A stretch of 64,000 nucleotides of DNA, from positions 555,576 through 619,575 of the forward strand of contig ML992507.1 of assembly GCA_010093995.1 (NCBI GenBank), in the 5' to 3' direction. This stretch comes from Elsinoe ampelina (Eukaryota). This document shows, piece by piece, positions 39,906-51,866 of this stretch (position 1 is the stretch's first letter; each line of letters begins with the position of its first letter). The notes beneath the pieces are model-generated. The model saw only the letters and a program-made list of their open reading frames with translations. It searched no databases and was not told the DNA's origin. The position numbers and the translations under genes were made by a program.

Positions 39906-41781
39906 AAACTACCGCACTGAATCGATTACCACCACACTGGACCAAATACTACCACAACGGCACGGCACGACTGCTTCCTTCGATTTTAAGGTTGCTACCT
40001 TTGAGCAACGTAGTCGACGGTGGAGGATAATGATCTGAACGATATGCACCAGGCGGCAACGCCAATCCCCCCCGATTTCTCGAATGCGCACTGTTGTACG
40101 ACCAATTTGGTCTCATCGTTTTGTCACGGCCGTTCTGACGTCTCCTTTCGTTTGCGAAGGTTGATTGACTCGTCGGCAGTTTCTAGTCTCGGATAGAATC
40201 ATGGAAATTTACTCTCCTTGAACCAACTGCCTTAAAATGTGTTGTACAGTGCTCTGTGTGAAGCATGTAAGTGGCATCGATCTTGAAAGATGCTACTTTT
40301 TACCCTTGCGGACGCCGCTTCCGGGAAGCACAAGGACAAGGTGAAGTCTAGAACAAGTATGGATTGCATATGGAGTGCTTCAAACAGGAAAGATAGGCAT
40401 TAATGGTACCGGCAAGATCCCTGTCGTGCTCTGCGTGCGCTTATGCAGGTAGAAGCAAGGTCCTCTCGACTACCAGTGCATCCACCTGTGCTGTTGAAAG
40501 ACTTTTCTATGCAGCACGTTTCCGCAGAGACGAAAAGGTGGACGAACGCACGGTCTTGTTGAGCATTTGTGCATGCTGTAGAAGCTGGAATGTCCTAGCA
40601 ACCTCGCTTGGCCTGCAAGGACAAGAATGTATATCACATGAAGAGGCAGTCGATACTGGCCGCCTCTCTGCAGCTAAGCTGTCATGTGCGAGACACACGA
40701 CAGCGGGAAGAGTGACAGGTTTGGTCCCTGGAAAGGTGGAGAGGAGCGAGGATATCCGGTATGAGGCATGAGCCGTCGAGATGAAAGTCGTCATTCGAGG
40801 ATTGCCTCTATCGAAAACCCGGTGCGTGACTAGGGTCAGCCCCCAAAGGTTCCGTTGGTTCGCTTGGGCCTGCTCTGTGTTCTGGTTGCGATGTTCTTCA
40901 CTCCATCAAAGTCCCAGACCGCCTTGATGTCCGCTTCCGATCCACTTTCACTTTGCTTTTGCTCACCCACTTCATCCCACCAATCTACAATTCCTATCTA
41001 TCAATTAAGCCTTAATAGAGTGGGGAAGACACCCGTGCGTACCTGAGGTTTACCCACGATTGATCTTCAGCCCATCGACAACCGGCCCTGCACGATCCGA
41101 GCCATCAAGACACTACCAAGCCCTCGAGAGATCCTGATTCCCTGTTTGGAGCTTGCAAGACCAACCTCACACCATCACGTCAAGCTTTCAATCAGATGTG
41201 ATTCCAAATCCTCGGTCAAAGGTAGAGCTGTACATTCAGGCCATCGACCTCGCCTGCTGATCCCGAATGTCCCGCGTCTCACTGGTCAGATCACTAGTTT
41301 GCTTCCTCGGGTTGAAGCACCGAGACACCACGATGGAATGACAGCTATCGCTCTTGTACCCGCCTCTACAAGCTTGGAGCACTCACTGGTGTCCTGCACG
41401 TGCTGGTGGTGGGACGTGCAAGTGCCCGCTTTTCCCATGCACGCTTGGGCAATGTTCGGTGGGGAGATCAATGACCTGCTTGTCTCAGACCTGTCGTCAT
41501 GCAGCAGCAATCTCGACCCTTTACTAGCAACAATGCCCTCACATCCACCAATCGAAATTTGCACTCCTGCCGCAAGGCACGTCGATTAAGCTCGGGTAGT
41601 CTTATGCAGGCATCCTCTATGACAACTGCCAATTGCAGAAGGACAATCTTGTGGGTGCATTCTTCTAGGTCGTCATGGTGCCATGGGGTCGGGTCGGTGA
41701 GGTACAAAGGTAGGTAGGCATACATAAAGGTACATCCCTCGTTACTCTATTCGCACCTTGATGTCCTTCATACTGTTCGAT

Positions 41782-42999
41782 ATGGCTCTTGCTTCACTTT
41801 CACTTTTCGCCCTCGGCGCACTCGCACACAGCCCGAGTCTGTCGACCCCGGGTGGTGCTGTACCAGCGGGTGTACAGGCTCCCAGTACCTTTGGCTTCCG
41901 CAATGCTACCATCCAGCCTTCAAGAGGTGGTCTAGCTGTCTGCGTGTCAGGCATCGTCGAGGTGCAAGCCAACACTACTCAGAACCTCAACCTCAACGTC
42001 GAGATCCCTCGCAACCAGTCCGACCTGACCAACACCATCCTCGAATTCGTAGCTCCCGGCTCACCTTTTGCGGCCAACCTCGTCAACGGCACCCAAGAAG
42101 CAGGGGGCACATATGAGATTGGCGCCACCCTCTGCAGACCAGCCGACGGCTCCTTCCCCACCAAGGTCCAGCTCCTCACCCACGGCATCGGCTTCGACCG
42201 CTACTACTGGGACTTTGCCCAAGGCTACTCCTACGTCGACGTCGCCGTCTCCAACTCGTACGCCACCCTCTCCTACGACCGCCTCGGCGTCGGCGCTTCC
42301 ACCAAAGCCGACCCCATCAACGAACTCCAAGCACCCCTCGAGATCGAAGTCGCTGCCTCCCTCGCCCGCCTCCTCCTAGCCGGCTCCCTCTCCAACACAA
42401 CCTTCACCTCCGTCACCGGCGTAGGCCACAGCTTCGGCTCCGTCATCTCCCAAGCCGTCACCAACCTCTACCCCTCCCTCTTCTCCGCCGCCATCCTAAC
42501 AGGCTACACCACCAACGCCACCGCCCTCCCGGCCTTCATCCTCGGCATCAACCTCCAGATCGCCTCCCAGAACCAACCCTACCGCTTCTCCGCCCTCAAC
42601 AACGGCTACGTCGTCGGCGGCACAACAAGCAACAACCAAATCGGCTTCTTCCGCGCGCCAAACTTCGACCCCGCGATCCTCGCAGCGGCCGACGCGGCCA
42701 AGGGAACGGCCACGTACGGGGAGTTTTTCTCGCTGACGGCGGTGACGAGTCCGGCGCAGAACTTCACGGGTCCGGTGGCGGTGGTGAACGGCGATGCCGA
42801 TTTGCCGTTTTGTTTCGGGAATTGCACCACGCCGACGGATTTGACGGCCGATGTGTTGCCCGTGTTGTATCCGAATTTGGAGGCCGGAAAGACGGGGAGT
42901 TATGTGGCGGAGTTGACGGGGCATGGGTTGAATTTGCATTATACTGCGAATGCGGCGTATGCGTTTATTCAGGATTTCTTGAATAAGCAGGGGATCTAG
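41782..42999 (+). CDS. Secreted alpha/beta hydrolase
   Basis: Signal peptide; QLLTHGIGFDRYYW; YDRLGVGAS; GHSFG; GDAD; TGHGLNLH. Confidence 0.9.
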   Translation: MALASLSLFALGALAHSPSLSTPGGAVPAGVQAPSTFGFRNATIQPSRGGLAVCVSGIVEVQANTTQNLNLNVEIPRNQSDLTNTILEFVAPGSPFAANLVNGTQEAGGTYEIGATLCRPADGSFPTKVQLLTHGIGFDRYYWDFAQGYSYVDVAVSNSYATLSYDRLGVGASTKADPINELQAPLEIEVAASLARLLLAGSLSNTTFTSVTGVGHSFGSVISQAVTNLYPSLFSAAILTGYTTNATALPAFILGINLQIASQNQPYRFSALNNGYVVGGTTSNNQIGFFRAPNFDPAILAAADAAKGTATYGEFFSLTAVTSPAQNFTGPVAVVNGDADLPFCFGNCTTPTDLTADVLPVLYPNLEAGKTGSYVAELTGHGLNLHYTANAAYAFIQDFLNKQGI

Positions 43000-43324
43000 A
43001 CGGGGGTGGAAGGAGGGAGAGGAGGTGGAAAGGGAAAATACCAGAAATGTGAATAGGGTGTGGGTATAATGTAATGTTTACATGGTCTGTCTTCTGCATC
43101 AGGTGATTTGTCTCCTCCACCTGTCTCACAGCCTACCGCTTGACCTCGCCATGATTTTCGTCCTTCATTAAGTCGCCTCAAACCTCTCCCGTGACAGCCA
43201 CCTTCCGTGTAGTGATCATGTCCTCCTTGGAGAGAATCTCACAGTACCTCCAAGCCAACCTTTCGACCCAGAACAGCACCATGTCCTCGATTCCTCGATC
43301 TCATTTTTATCCCTCATAGACCCC

Positions 43325-43872
43325 TCACTTCTCCCCCGCCAACATCTTCCCCCTCATCACCTCCTCCACCACCCTCAAACTCCCCTGCTTCTGCCCCACC
43401 ACCTGCTCCAACCCCCTCACACTCTCCCCCAACTCCTTCACCTTCCCCTCATAAAACGCCACCGCATCATCCGCGTTCTTCTCCACGTAGAACCCCGTCC
43501 CTACATCCACCAGCACCTTCTCGCTGTCCGCTAGCGTGCCGGGCACATATAATGAGGTCGTCAAAGGGACGAGTAACGAGCGCTGTTGGCTTTGCAGGGA
43601 GGAAAGGGATGTGCTGGTGCTCTTTGGGACGCGCACGCCCGTGTTGATCGAGGTGATGCAGTCTTTGAATTTGGCTTGGGCGGTGCGGAGGGAGCTGTAG
43701 GAGGACGTGAGGTGTTGAACTTCGGTGGAGAGTTGTTTTTGGATTTGTTGGAGTTGGGGGAGGGGGAGGGTGGAGATGTCCACTCGGGGGTGTTAGTGGG
43801 GTTCCGTGGAAGGGTTAGAGGGATTATGGAGTAGAGAGACTTGCCTTGTTGTCCTTTGCTTTGATCGGACAT
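43325..43872 (-). CDS. GIM5: Prefoldin subunit 5 (alpha), 2 exons
   Basis: LLVPLTTSLYVPG...VLVDVGTGFYVEK; exon 1 MSDQSKGQQ joined via a 62-nt intron 43783-43844. Confidence 0.92.
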
Positions 43873-44018
43873 TGCGTCGCTTTGCGACTTTGTGGTGCTG
43901 TGCTTGAATGGTCAATGATTTTGAGCGATACTGCGGGGTAGCTGTTGTGGTTCACCGTGGAGGGGCAGAGACAGTTTGGACAACCGGAGTTGTTCCAGTC
44001 CCGATCGGGATAAAGTGG

Positions 44019-44042
44019 TTTCGCGTTACCCACGCGACGCGT
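44019..44042. promoter_or_regulatory. MCB/SCB-like cell-cycle elements in the GIM5-ORC1 divergent promoter
   Basis: TTTCGCGT, ACGCGA and ACGCGT (44037-44042) clustered 65-90 bp upstream of the ORC1 ATG. Confidence 0.6.
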
Positions 44043-44107
44043 TCATTGCCGCCGACCTCGACTTTCTTCTTGCGTGCCAGCAACCATAGAGGAGTACAGA
44101 GATTATC

Positions 44108-46510
44108 ATGGCGGTCGTTCGAGAGAAACGTAAGCGTTCGAAAACGGAGAAGGCGTTGCAAATTTTACAGAAAGGTGCTGTATTACGAGAAGACTCGGAC
44201 GATGAACTTGGAGTCGAAGATCACCCCTGGGAATGGATACACGACGGCGCCTATGTACCAACAGGGGACGGCAAAGATGAAGGACCCAAGATCGTTGGAG
44301 CTCGCATGGGCAACTTTCAGTGTGCGATTGGCGATGCAGTGTTGCTGAAGGCGGCTGGCAATGAAGCGTGGGTAGCGATTGTCACGGGCTTCTCGGAAGG
44401 GGAAATTGAAGATGATGAGGGCGAGATGATCTGGAGTAAGAAAGCCAGCTTCCTGTGGTTCTCTTCTGAGAAAGAGATCAAGAATAGTGCAAAGAAGAGG
44501 GACGATGCACTCTGGGTAAGTCAATTGACTGCTGCCTCTGAACATCACTAATGTGTGTAGAACGAGCTGTACATTACACATAACACCGATGAGAATTCTC
44601 TGGCTACAATCAACGGCAAGGCTACAGTCATATCACACGCCAAATTCCTGCAAAGATATCCTAGCGGCAGGATTCCAAGAGGCAACAGCGGCTACGGCAA
44701 GACTTTTGTCTGCAGACGTGGCTGTAATCCTAGAACGACATCTTACACGGACGAATTCAATTGGGAGGATGTATATCGAGGATCTGCAGATATCGACTCA
44801 CTTGTGTCCCTGGTAGAATCTCAGACTGTACAGACACGGAAGCGAAAGCCAACCACAAAGGCATCTGAAGCCGACCTGAACGAGTTCGTGGTGGGGGATG
44901 AAGAGGTCGAAGGAACGCCACGAAAGCGCCGGAAGCTCGATGTGACACCGAAGAATCGTGCTGAGAAGAAGCCGAAAGCTGCTCTTCTCACGCCGACACA
45001 TCGACGGATCATAGCAAAGAAGCCGTTATCTTTCACCCCGCTGGGCACCCGTATCATATCTGATGCCCTCACGGCTTCACCTCACCAGCAAGCTCGATCG
45101 ACTCTCCATGTCTCGGCTGTCCCTACTTCTCTACCGTGCCGCGAGAATGAGTTTTCTCAGATCTATACACACCTCGAATCAGCCATCTCAACCTCAACCG
45201 GCTCAACCATTTACATTTCCGGTACACCTGGCACAGGCAAAACCGCCACAGTCAGAGAAGTGGTCGCCTCCTTGAATGTAGCAGTCGCCTCCGAAGAGCT
45301 CGACGACTTCATCTTCGTCGAGATCAACGGCATGAAAGTGACCGACCCACACCAATCCTACTCCCTCCTCTGGCAAGCCCTCAAAGGCCAACGCGTCTCC
45401 CCCTCCCACGCCCTCGAGCTCCTCGAACGCGAATTCTCCACCCCGTCCCCTCGCCGCACACCCTGCGTCGTCCTCATGGACGAACTCGACCAACTCGTCA
45501 CCCGCAACCAAGGCGTCATGTACAACTTCTTCAACTGGCCCCAACTCCGCCACTCGCGCCTGATCGTCCTCGCCGTAGCCAACACAATGGACCTCCCCGA
45601 ACGCACCCTCAGCAACAAAATCTCCTCCCGCCTCGGCCTCACCCGCATCACCTTCCCAGGCTACACCCACCAACAACTCATCAAAATCATCACCTCGCGC
45701 CTCGAAGGCATCCAAACCGTCGTCGTCGACCCCGACGCAGTCCAGTTCGCAAGCCGCAAAGTCGCGGCCGTAAGCGGCGACGCCCGGCGCGCCCTCGACG
45801 TCTGCAGACGAGCGGTGGAGATGGCGGAGGAAGAACTCGCGCTGCTCACGAAGCAAGGGAAGCTCCCTCCAGACGGCATCGAGAACCGTCCCCCAGGCAC
45901 GCCGAGTAAGACCCCTCCCGTCCCGCCTGGGAGGGACGCAGACGACGGACGAGGCAAGGTGACCATCGCAACCATCAAGAAGGCCATCAGCGAAGCCACC
46001 TCCACTCCTCTGGCAGCGTATCTCCGCTCCCTTCCATTGTCCAGCAAAGTCTTCCTCGCCGCCCTCCTGGCTCGCATCCGTCGGACGGGCGTCCAGGAGG
46101 CGTTGGTGGGCGACGTGCTGGACGACGCGCGTAGGATCGGGCTCGTGAGCCAGCTTGTGCCGGTCGAGCGGTACTTACTTGCCGCTGACGAGGCGAAGTC
46201 CGAGAGCGAATGGCTTGGTCTCTTCGGTGAGGGTGAGCAGATCCAGGGCGGGGCGGTGGGCGGTGGGGCTGGGTTGCTGGGCACGCCTGGTCGGAGGGGG
46301 AGGCATGCTATCAAGCGCGCGCCGGAGAAGAGGGCAAGGGTCAAGGGGATGGGGGCTGCGGCGGTGGAGTTGGCGGAGGCGGGGATCGTGGGGTTGGAGA
46401 ATAGGAGGGGGGAGAGGGTGGGGAGGGTGAGGCTGGGGGTGGGGGAGGAGGATGTGAGAGGGGCGTTGAGGGAGGATGAGGAGAGTAGGGGGTTGGGGTT
46501 CAGTGCGTAG
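44108..46510 (+). CDS. ORC1: Origin recognition complex subunit 1 (BAH + AAA+), 2 exons
   Basis: BAH region; intron 44516-44560; LPCRENEF, GTPGTGKT, LMDELDQL, VAAVSGDARRALD. Confidence 0.96.
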
Positions 46511-46573
46511 GTGGGAGAGGGAGAAGGGGGTGGGACGTGGGTATCATTGTGTTATGAGACAGGAGATGAGAAT

Positions 46574-48040
46574 CTAGAATTTCCTCCTGCCTAACGTCGG
46601 CCGCCAGTCGAGAGGGTAGTTCTCCTCTGTGGCGTTCTCGTCTTCTTTCCATACTTTGATCGTCTTGTCCGCTTCGCCTGTGATGAGACGCAGACCGGTC
46701 TTGTCGAACACGCTGCTCATGATGCCGGCTTCGGCGTCGAGACTGCCTGGCTGCGCAAGACTGTCGAGTTGCTGGAACTTGTGGCCAGTCTTCCAGTCCC
46801 AGAATGCTACGGTGCCGTTGTCTCCGCCGGAGAACATGACGTTGTCGCTGTTGACGGAGAGTGTGTTGATGATGGCGTTGTGCCCCTCAAAGTTCTGCAT
46901 GAAAGCACCTTCAGGACATTTCCATTGCTTGATCTGCGCGGAGCTGCCTGAGGCGAAGGTGAATTCTGAGGGATGTGTGGCCAGAGCTCGAACACCCTTC
47001 TTGTGGTGGGTGAGTACGCCCATGGTTTTGCCAGCTGCAAGATCGTACATTCGGATTGTGCTGTCCAAGGAGGAGGAGATGACTTGGGGGTCGGCTTCTT
47101 GACATTTGACGTCCGAGACAGTCTGTTTGTGGCCGCTGAGGACGTGAATGTTGGATCGCGTTCGCATGTCCCAGACACGGACAACACCGTCTCTGCCTCC
47201 CGTGCATAACACGTCCAGTGTGGGATGTAACGAAAGTGTGTATACGCCGCTCAGATGTCCGTGGTAGTCTCTGATCACCTTGTTCGTCTCCAGATCCCAG
47301 CACTTCACTTTCTTGTCCTCTGCGCAACTGAACAGGTATGGATGCCTTGGTGAGACAGCCAGACCTCGGACCGTCGAAATATGTCCAGTCAAAGTGAGCT
47401 TCAACGTCCCTGTCGCTAGATCCCAGATCTTGATCGTCCTGTCACCAGCACCTGATGCGAACCACTCGTTCCCCGGTTCCATCGCGAGCGCTCTCACCCA
47501 GCCCAAGTGCCCCGATATAACCCTTGCGAGCTTCCATGGCGGATGCCAGTCGGGCTTCTGCTGTCTTACTGTGTCCCTCCGTACTAAGCTCTGCCCTGGC
47601 AAATTCTTCTGTGGTGTTGGTCCGTTCGCATTTGGAGGTAGCTTTGCTCCAGTACCGTTCGTGCGTATGAGCGCTTGTGAGGTCCCATTCGTCGATGCCT
47701 TTCCTGCCGATGCTCCCTCAATCATCTTCGCCATGGCTGGGTCCGAAGCTTGATCTTCCTGCTTGGGCTTCTTCCGTCTCGCAAGTGCTGATGCTTGCGC
47801 CGAAGCCTGCTTTGCTGCCAGAGCAGCAGGGAGCTCCTTGACGTCCGCATACTCATTAGCGATCCTGGAAGAGACACTCGCTCGTTGTGCGCGCTCGATG
47901 GGCGAAGGCTTCAGAACTGCTGCTGCGGGTTGGGGGAAATTTTCCAGGCCGGATATTGAGCCGTAGTCTGCTGCAAAGACTTCACGGGTGCGTTTTGCTG
48001 ATCGGCGCACTAACTCGGCAGGGTATTCGACGTCTGCCAT
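46574..48040 (-). CDS. PRP46: Pre-mRNA splicing WD40 protein Prp46/PLRG1
   Basis: [23 protein letters not shown] repeats; [11 protein letters not shown]...[17 protein letters not shown]. Confidence 0.96.
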   Translation of the reverse strand: MADVEYPAELVRRSAKRTREVFAADYGSISGLENFPQPAAAVLKPSPIERAQRASVSSRIANEYADVKELPAALAAKQASAQASALARRKKPKQEDQASDPAMAKMIEGASAGKASTNGTSQALIRTNGTGAKLPPNANGPTPQKNLPGQSLVRRDTVRQQKPDWHPPWKLARVISGHLGWVRALAMEPGNEWFASGAGDRTIKIWDLATGTLKLTLTGHISTVRGLAVSPRHPYLFSCAEDKKVKCWDLETNKVIRDYHGHLSGVYTLSLHPTLDVLCTGGRDGVVRVWDMRTRSNIHVLSGHKQTVSDVKCQEADPQVISSSLDSTIRMYDLAAGKTMGVLTHHKKGVRALATHPSEFTFASGSSAQIKQWKCPEGAFMQNFEGHNAIINTLSVNSDNVMFSGGDNGTVAFWDWKTGHKFQQLDSLAQPGSLDAEAGIMSSVFDKTGLRLITGEADKTIKVWKEDENATEENYPLDWRPTLGRRKF

Positions 48041-48339
48041 AGTGCTTATATCTCCTAGTGGGAGAGATTGTTGGTGCGGGTGTGGTGAGTAGGATGTGCA
48101 GTTGGCGAAGGTGAAGCCAGCTTCGAGGTCTTGGCAGAAAATTGTTTGAGCAAACAGCGGAGTCAAGACAAGCACGATCACTTCACAGCTCAGTCACATC
48201 CCGGCACTGGGCCTGACAATGGACTTTTGAAGCTTGCTGTACTGTGCAGGAGTGCGTCAAAACAGTCCATGGGCATCATAAAGTCAATTGCGCTCGTCCC
48301 CCGTAATCAACAGCTCAGGCGCATTCACGAATAGCCAGC

Positions 48340-48684
48340 ATGTCTCTTCAGCAGTACATGAACAGTGAGTATGGTTGTGTGTTGTGACTGACTCAATCTG
48401 ACAGACTTATAGAGAAGATCCTCGTCATTACCGTGGACGGTCGAACACTGGTCGGCACTCTCATATCTTGCGATCAAGTCACGAACCTGGTACTGCAAGA
48501 CACCATTGAGCGGATCATTCGGCCTGTAGAGGACCCCGAACCAAGCGGAGAGCAGCCACATGGACTGTACATGATCAGAGGAGACAATGTCGTTGTTGCT
48601 GGACTGGTGGACGAGACGATGGACGCGAGCATAGATTGGACAAAGGTCAGAGGAGAAGTGATTGGGTCAACGAAACATGTGTGA
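48340..48684 (+). CDS. LSM8: U6 snRNA-associated Sm-like protein Lsm8 (2 exons)
   Basis: MSLQQYMNKKILVITVDGRTLVGTL...DQVTNLVL...GLYMIRGDNV...IDWTKVR. Confidence 0.93.
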
Positions 48685-48960
48685 GATGGCTGTTCAGGAC
48701 CTCTTGGACAATGCGAGATCGCATGAGGATTAAGGATCACCGCAAGCTATGTAGAAGAGCGACAGGGCAAATGCTGCTCCCCCGCTGCAGCATGACAAAC
48801 TGTCTTGTAAAAGCCCGCAAACGCGTGGAGGGCCGCTGCAGAGGCCGCAGGCAGACTGATGCTGCTCAGGTATGCCTGGCCAGCCCCACCGTTCTGGTTC
48901 TGCTGCTGGAAGGGAGTCCTCGGCGTATGAAGTGGTCAAGAGAAGAGGACACGAAACGAT

Positions 48961-49896
48961 TCATCGGAACCACCAGTTGACCTACCGTGGTCAGGAATGA
49001 TACCCAGATCTCGAATCAAATGAAGAACTTACCGAACCAGTCATACCTTCACCAACCCCTTTGATACTGTGCCACCAACCTTTCGGGATGAACAATCCGT
49101 CTCCAGCACCTACCTCGCACTCCAGCGCATCTTGCAACCAAGGTCTATGCTCAGCTTCACCCCAGACAGCATCCTCCAAAGCCCTCCTCTCCTCCCCTTG
49201 CATCATCTCTTCGCCCCTCATCGTGGCGCTTGCATGACCACCGATTTCAGCTTGGACGTGACCAAAGATGGCTCGTCCGACATCTGGACTGAACAACCTG
49301 ACTCGTTTCGTGCCTGCCAGCTGAACGAACAGATTGGGATTCGGGTCTCGATGGAGTGGCGTATACGTCGGCGCAAGTCCTAGCCAGATGCTTGTGTCGT
49401 AGACGTCTCCTTTGCCTGCCTTCAAGACAAGGTCAGGCGTGGGCAGATCTCGTCTCAGGTCCTCGGGAAGATCAGAGAGCGATGCCTGGGCCAAGTATAC
49501 ACGCGCTTCGCTCGTAGTGATTGATTCGGAGGCATCTAGGAATATTGAAAGAGGTTGATCAACTCGTGCAAAATCGCCGCCTATGGTCAACTCCAGTGGT
49601 ACCGATGTGCTGGCGAATTGCTCTAGATAGCTACGAATCAGAGCCGGTCTCTCATGGGAGTTCTTAGGACAAGTAACCCATTTTGATATAGCAGGCAGAC
49701 TTCGATAGTATCCTTCTGGCAACAGCGCTGGGATCTGTGGCTTGAATGCGGTGTCCCTGAAGTGATCTACATCTCCCGACGTGAGCCTTGTCACTGGTTG
49801 AACTGTAAGGGTCCGCGTACTGGCAAGAGTGCTTTGGAATTTGGATTGCCTTCGGGGCAGACTCCCCGTGTTGATGCTACATCGTATAAATCTCAT
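48961..49896 (-). CDS. JmjC/cupin-8 2-oxoglutarate oxygenase, possible mitochondrial presequence (2 exons)
   Basis: YLAQ; TPLHRDPNPN; GDGLFIPKGWWHS; spliced end SVNWWFR. Confidence 0.9.
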
Positions 49897-50120
49897 TTAG
49901 TGCTGTGGCCCGCATTGATTGTAGTGAAAGACTGAAATATCGTTACATGTCCACCGGTGGTGAAGTTATCGCCTGAGCCAATCAGATGTCAGCCAAGTCC
50001 GCACTCAATTCCGCATTGACAACGACATTGCCATCGATTTTGACACTGCCAACTTCTTCACCATTAGCCGTCATCACGAGAACTCATCATTTGTGCAGCG
50101 AGTGAAGCAGACCGGCAGCC

Positions 50121-51007
50121 ATGGTGCTCTACTTCACAAGCAATGTCGTTCCAGGATCTGCCTACATCTATATGGGCAGGGACAAATTCGAGAGTAAGCA
50201 GTACTTCTTTGCACTTCACGAGCATACCATTGACGCTGTCTGAGACGAGGATCTGATCAAGTTCGGATGGGAAGAGGATGTCTGGTAGGTGTAATCGATG
50301 GACCACAAAATCTTTTGGCTCTGACCGAGTGGCAGGGTACGTGCAGTGGATCCACATGAGACAAATTGGAACTGACTTGTTCAGTTCCATGTCGACAACT
50401 TGTCGAGTGCTCACGTGTACGTGAGACTTCCAGAGGGTCAAACATGGGACAAGATTGAGGAACCTCTGCTGGTAGACTGCGCCCAACTGACCAAGGCCAA
50501 TTCCATTGAGGGTACGCAATGCAAGTGCAACAACATAAATATAGACTGATCGAGACAGGCAACAAGAAGGACAACATCACTGTCATCTATACTCCATGGT
50601 CAAATCTCCGCAAGGATGGCGGCATGGCGACCGGCCAGGTCTCCTTCCACGACCAGAAAAAGGTCAAGCGAGTCTACGTCGAGAAGCGGGAGAACGTCAT
50701 CGTCAACCGCTTGAACAAGACCAAGGTCGAACGTCACCCAGATCTCCGCCAGGAAAAGGAAGACCGACAGCGTGAGCTCCGAAAGAGGGACCAGAAGTCC
50801 AGGCAAGAACGAGTGTGTTTTGGCATCTGTATCTGTCTATCACTGGCTAATTGTGTACAGGCCAAAGAAGAAGCTCGTCTGGCAAAAGAGCGCAAAGAAG
50901 CAAAGTACCAGAAGGAGCATGCCTACGATGAATGGAACGACGAGGACGCTCTCGAAGCCTCGAACAACCAGGATCGAGACGCTGACTTCCTGGATGACTT
51001 CATGTGA
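50121..51007 (+). CDS. CCDC25/Jlp2-like NFACT-R (DUF814) protein, multi-exon including a 1-nt exon
   Basis: MVLYFTS...[34 protein letters not shown]...[23 protein letters not shown]...DDFM. Confidence 0.92.
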
Positions 51008-51018
51008 AGCTTGCAACC

Positions 51019-51414
51019 TCATCGAGATTTTCTCGACCACTCCTTATCGATGGCCCTTCGCTTCTGAGCAGACAAGCGATTCTTCTCCCGATAGGCGTGA
51101 GCCTTGTCTCGCACAGCTCGGACCTTCTCTGACTGCAGCTGATATTTGAAAGCTGCAGCCTGCTTCATGCTGGGTGTATAAGCCTCGTGCTGCTCCACCC
51201 CTCCCACTGCTGGCCACTCCATACATTCCATCGAGCTCGGTCCATCAGGTACTGCTCTGGCTGGGTCGCAAATGAGACAATCTCCGAGCAGCCATAGAAC
51301 TTCGCAGTCCCAGCCAGCAGGGTCTTGGTGGATGTGGTGTTCCTGACAAGGGCTGGTATATCTTGGTAGACCGTGGTGGCACTCCGGGTGCATGGGTACG
51401 ATCCACGTGCACAT
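51019..51414 (-). CDS. MC/CxH Cys-rich family, member 1 (short, 131 aa, most divergent)
   Basis: MCTWIVPMHPECHH...C...C...GDCLIC; lacks the downstream conserved block. Confidence 0.55.
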   Translation of the reverse strand: MCTWIVPMHPECHHGLPRYTSPCQEHHIHQDPAGWDCEVLWLLGDCLICDPARAVPDGPSSMECMEWPAVGGVEQHEAYTPSMKQAAAFKYQLQSEKVRAVRDKAHAYREKNRLSAQKRRAIDKEWSRKSR

Positions 51415-51866
51415 TGTGTGGGCAAGTAAGCAGGACAGGAGGATCTTTGCACTCCTATCCTTGCTCAGAGTTCCAACGGTATACATATAGAAGTCTTTGA
51501 ATGCAGGGCATTCCAAATAGCTGGCACCTGCTGTCAGAGGATCTATATTGGGTGAAATCTGCGAGCTGCGAAACCAGCATCAATGCACCTTCCCGCGAGC
51601 GGTTCTACAGGATCTGGATTGAATTTTATCCGAGTAGCGCTCAGTCATTGACAAATACATGTCTGCCGGTCTTGACAGCTGAGCATCGGGCGAATCGACG
51701 GCAACTATATGGCTCGTTGTTGAATGCACGCCCTGGATGAGCGGAATCTGTCTGCGCCTATGGAATGCAAATAGAAACACAACCGAAGTCCTCTGAATAG
51801 TGAAGAGGACCACCCAATGACGCCGCCAAACACCACTTATGACACTGCCACACTCTACAGTACCTC

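Noticed and set aside
40100..41750. Several 60-150 aa ORFs
   Set aside because: No motifs or codon bias; probably intergenic/promoter DNA.
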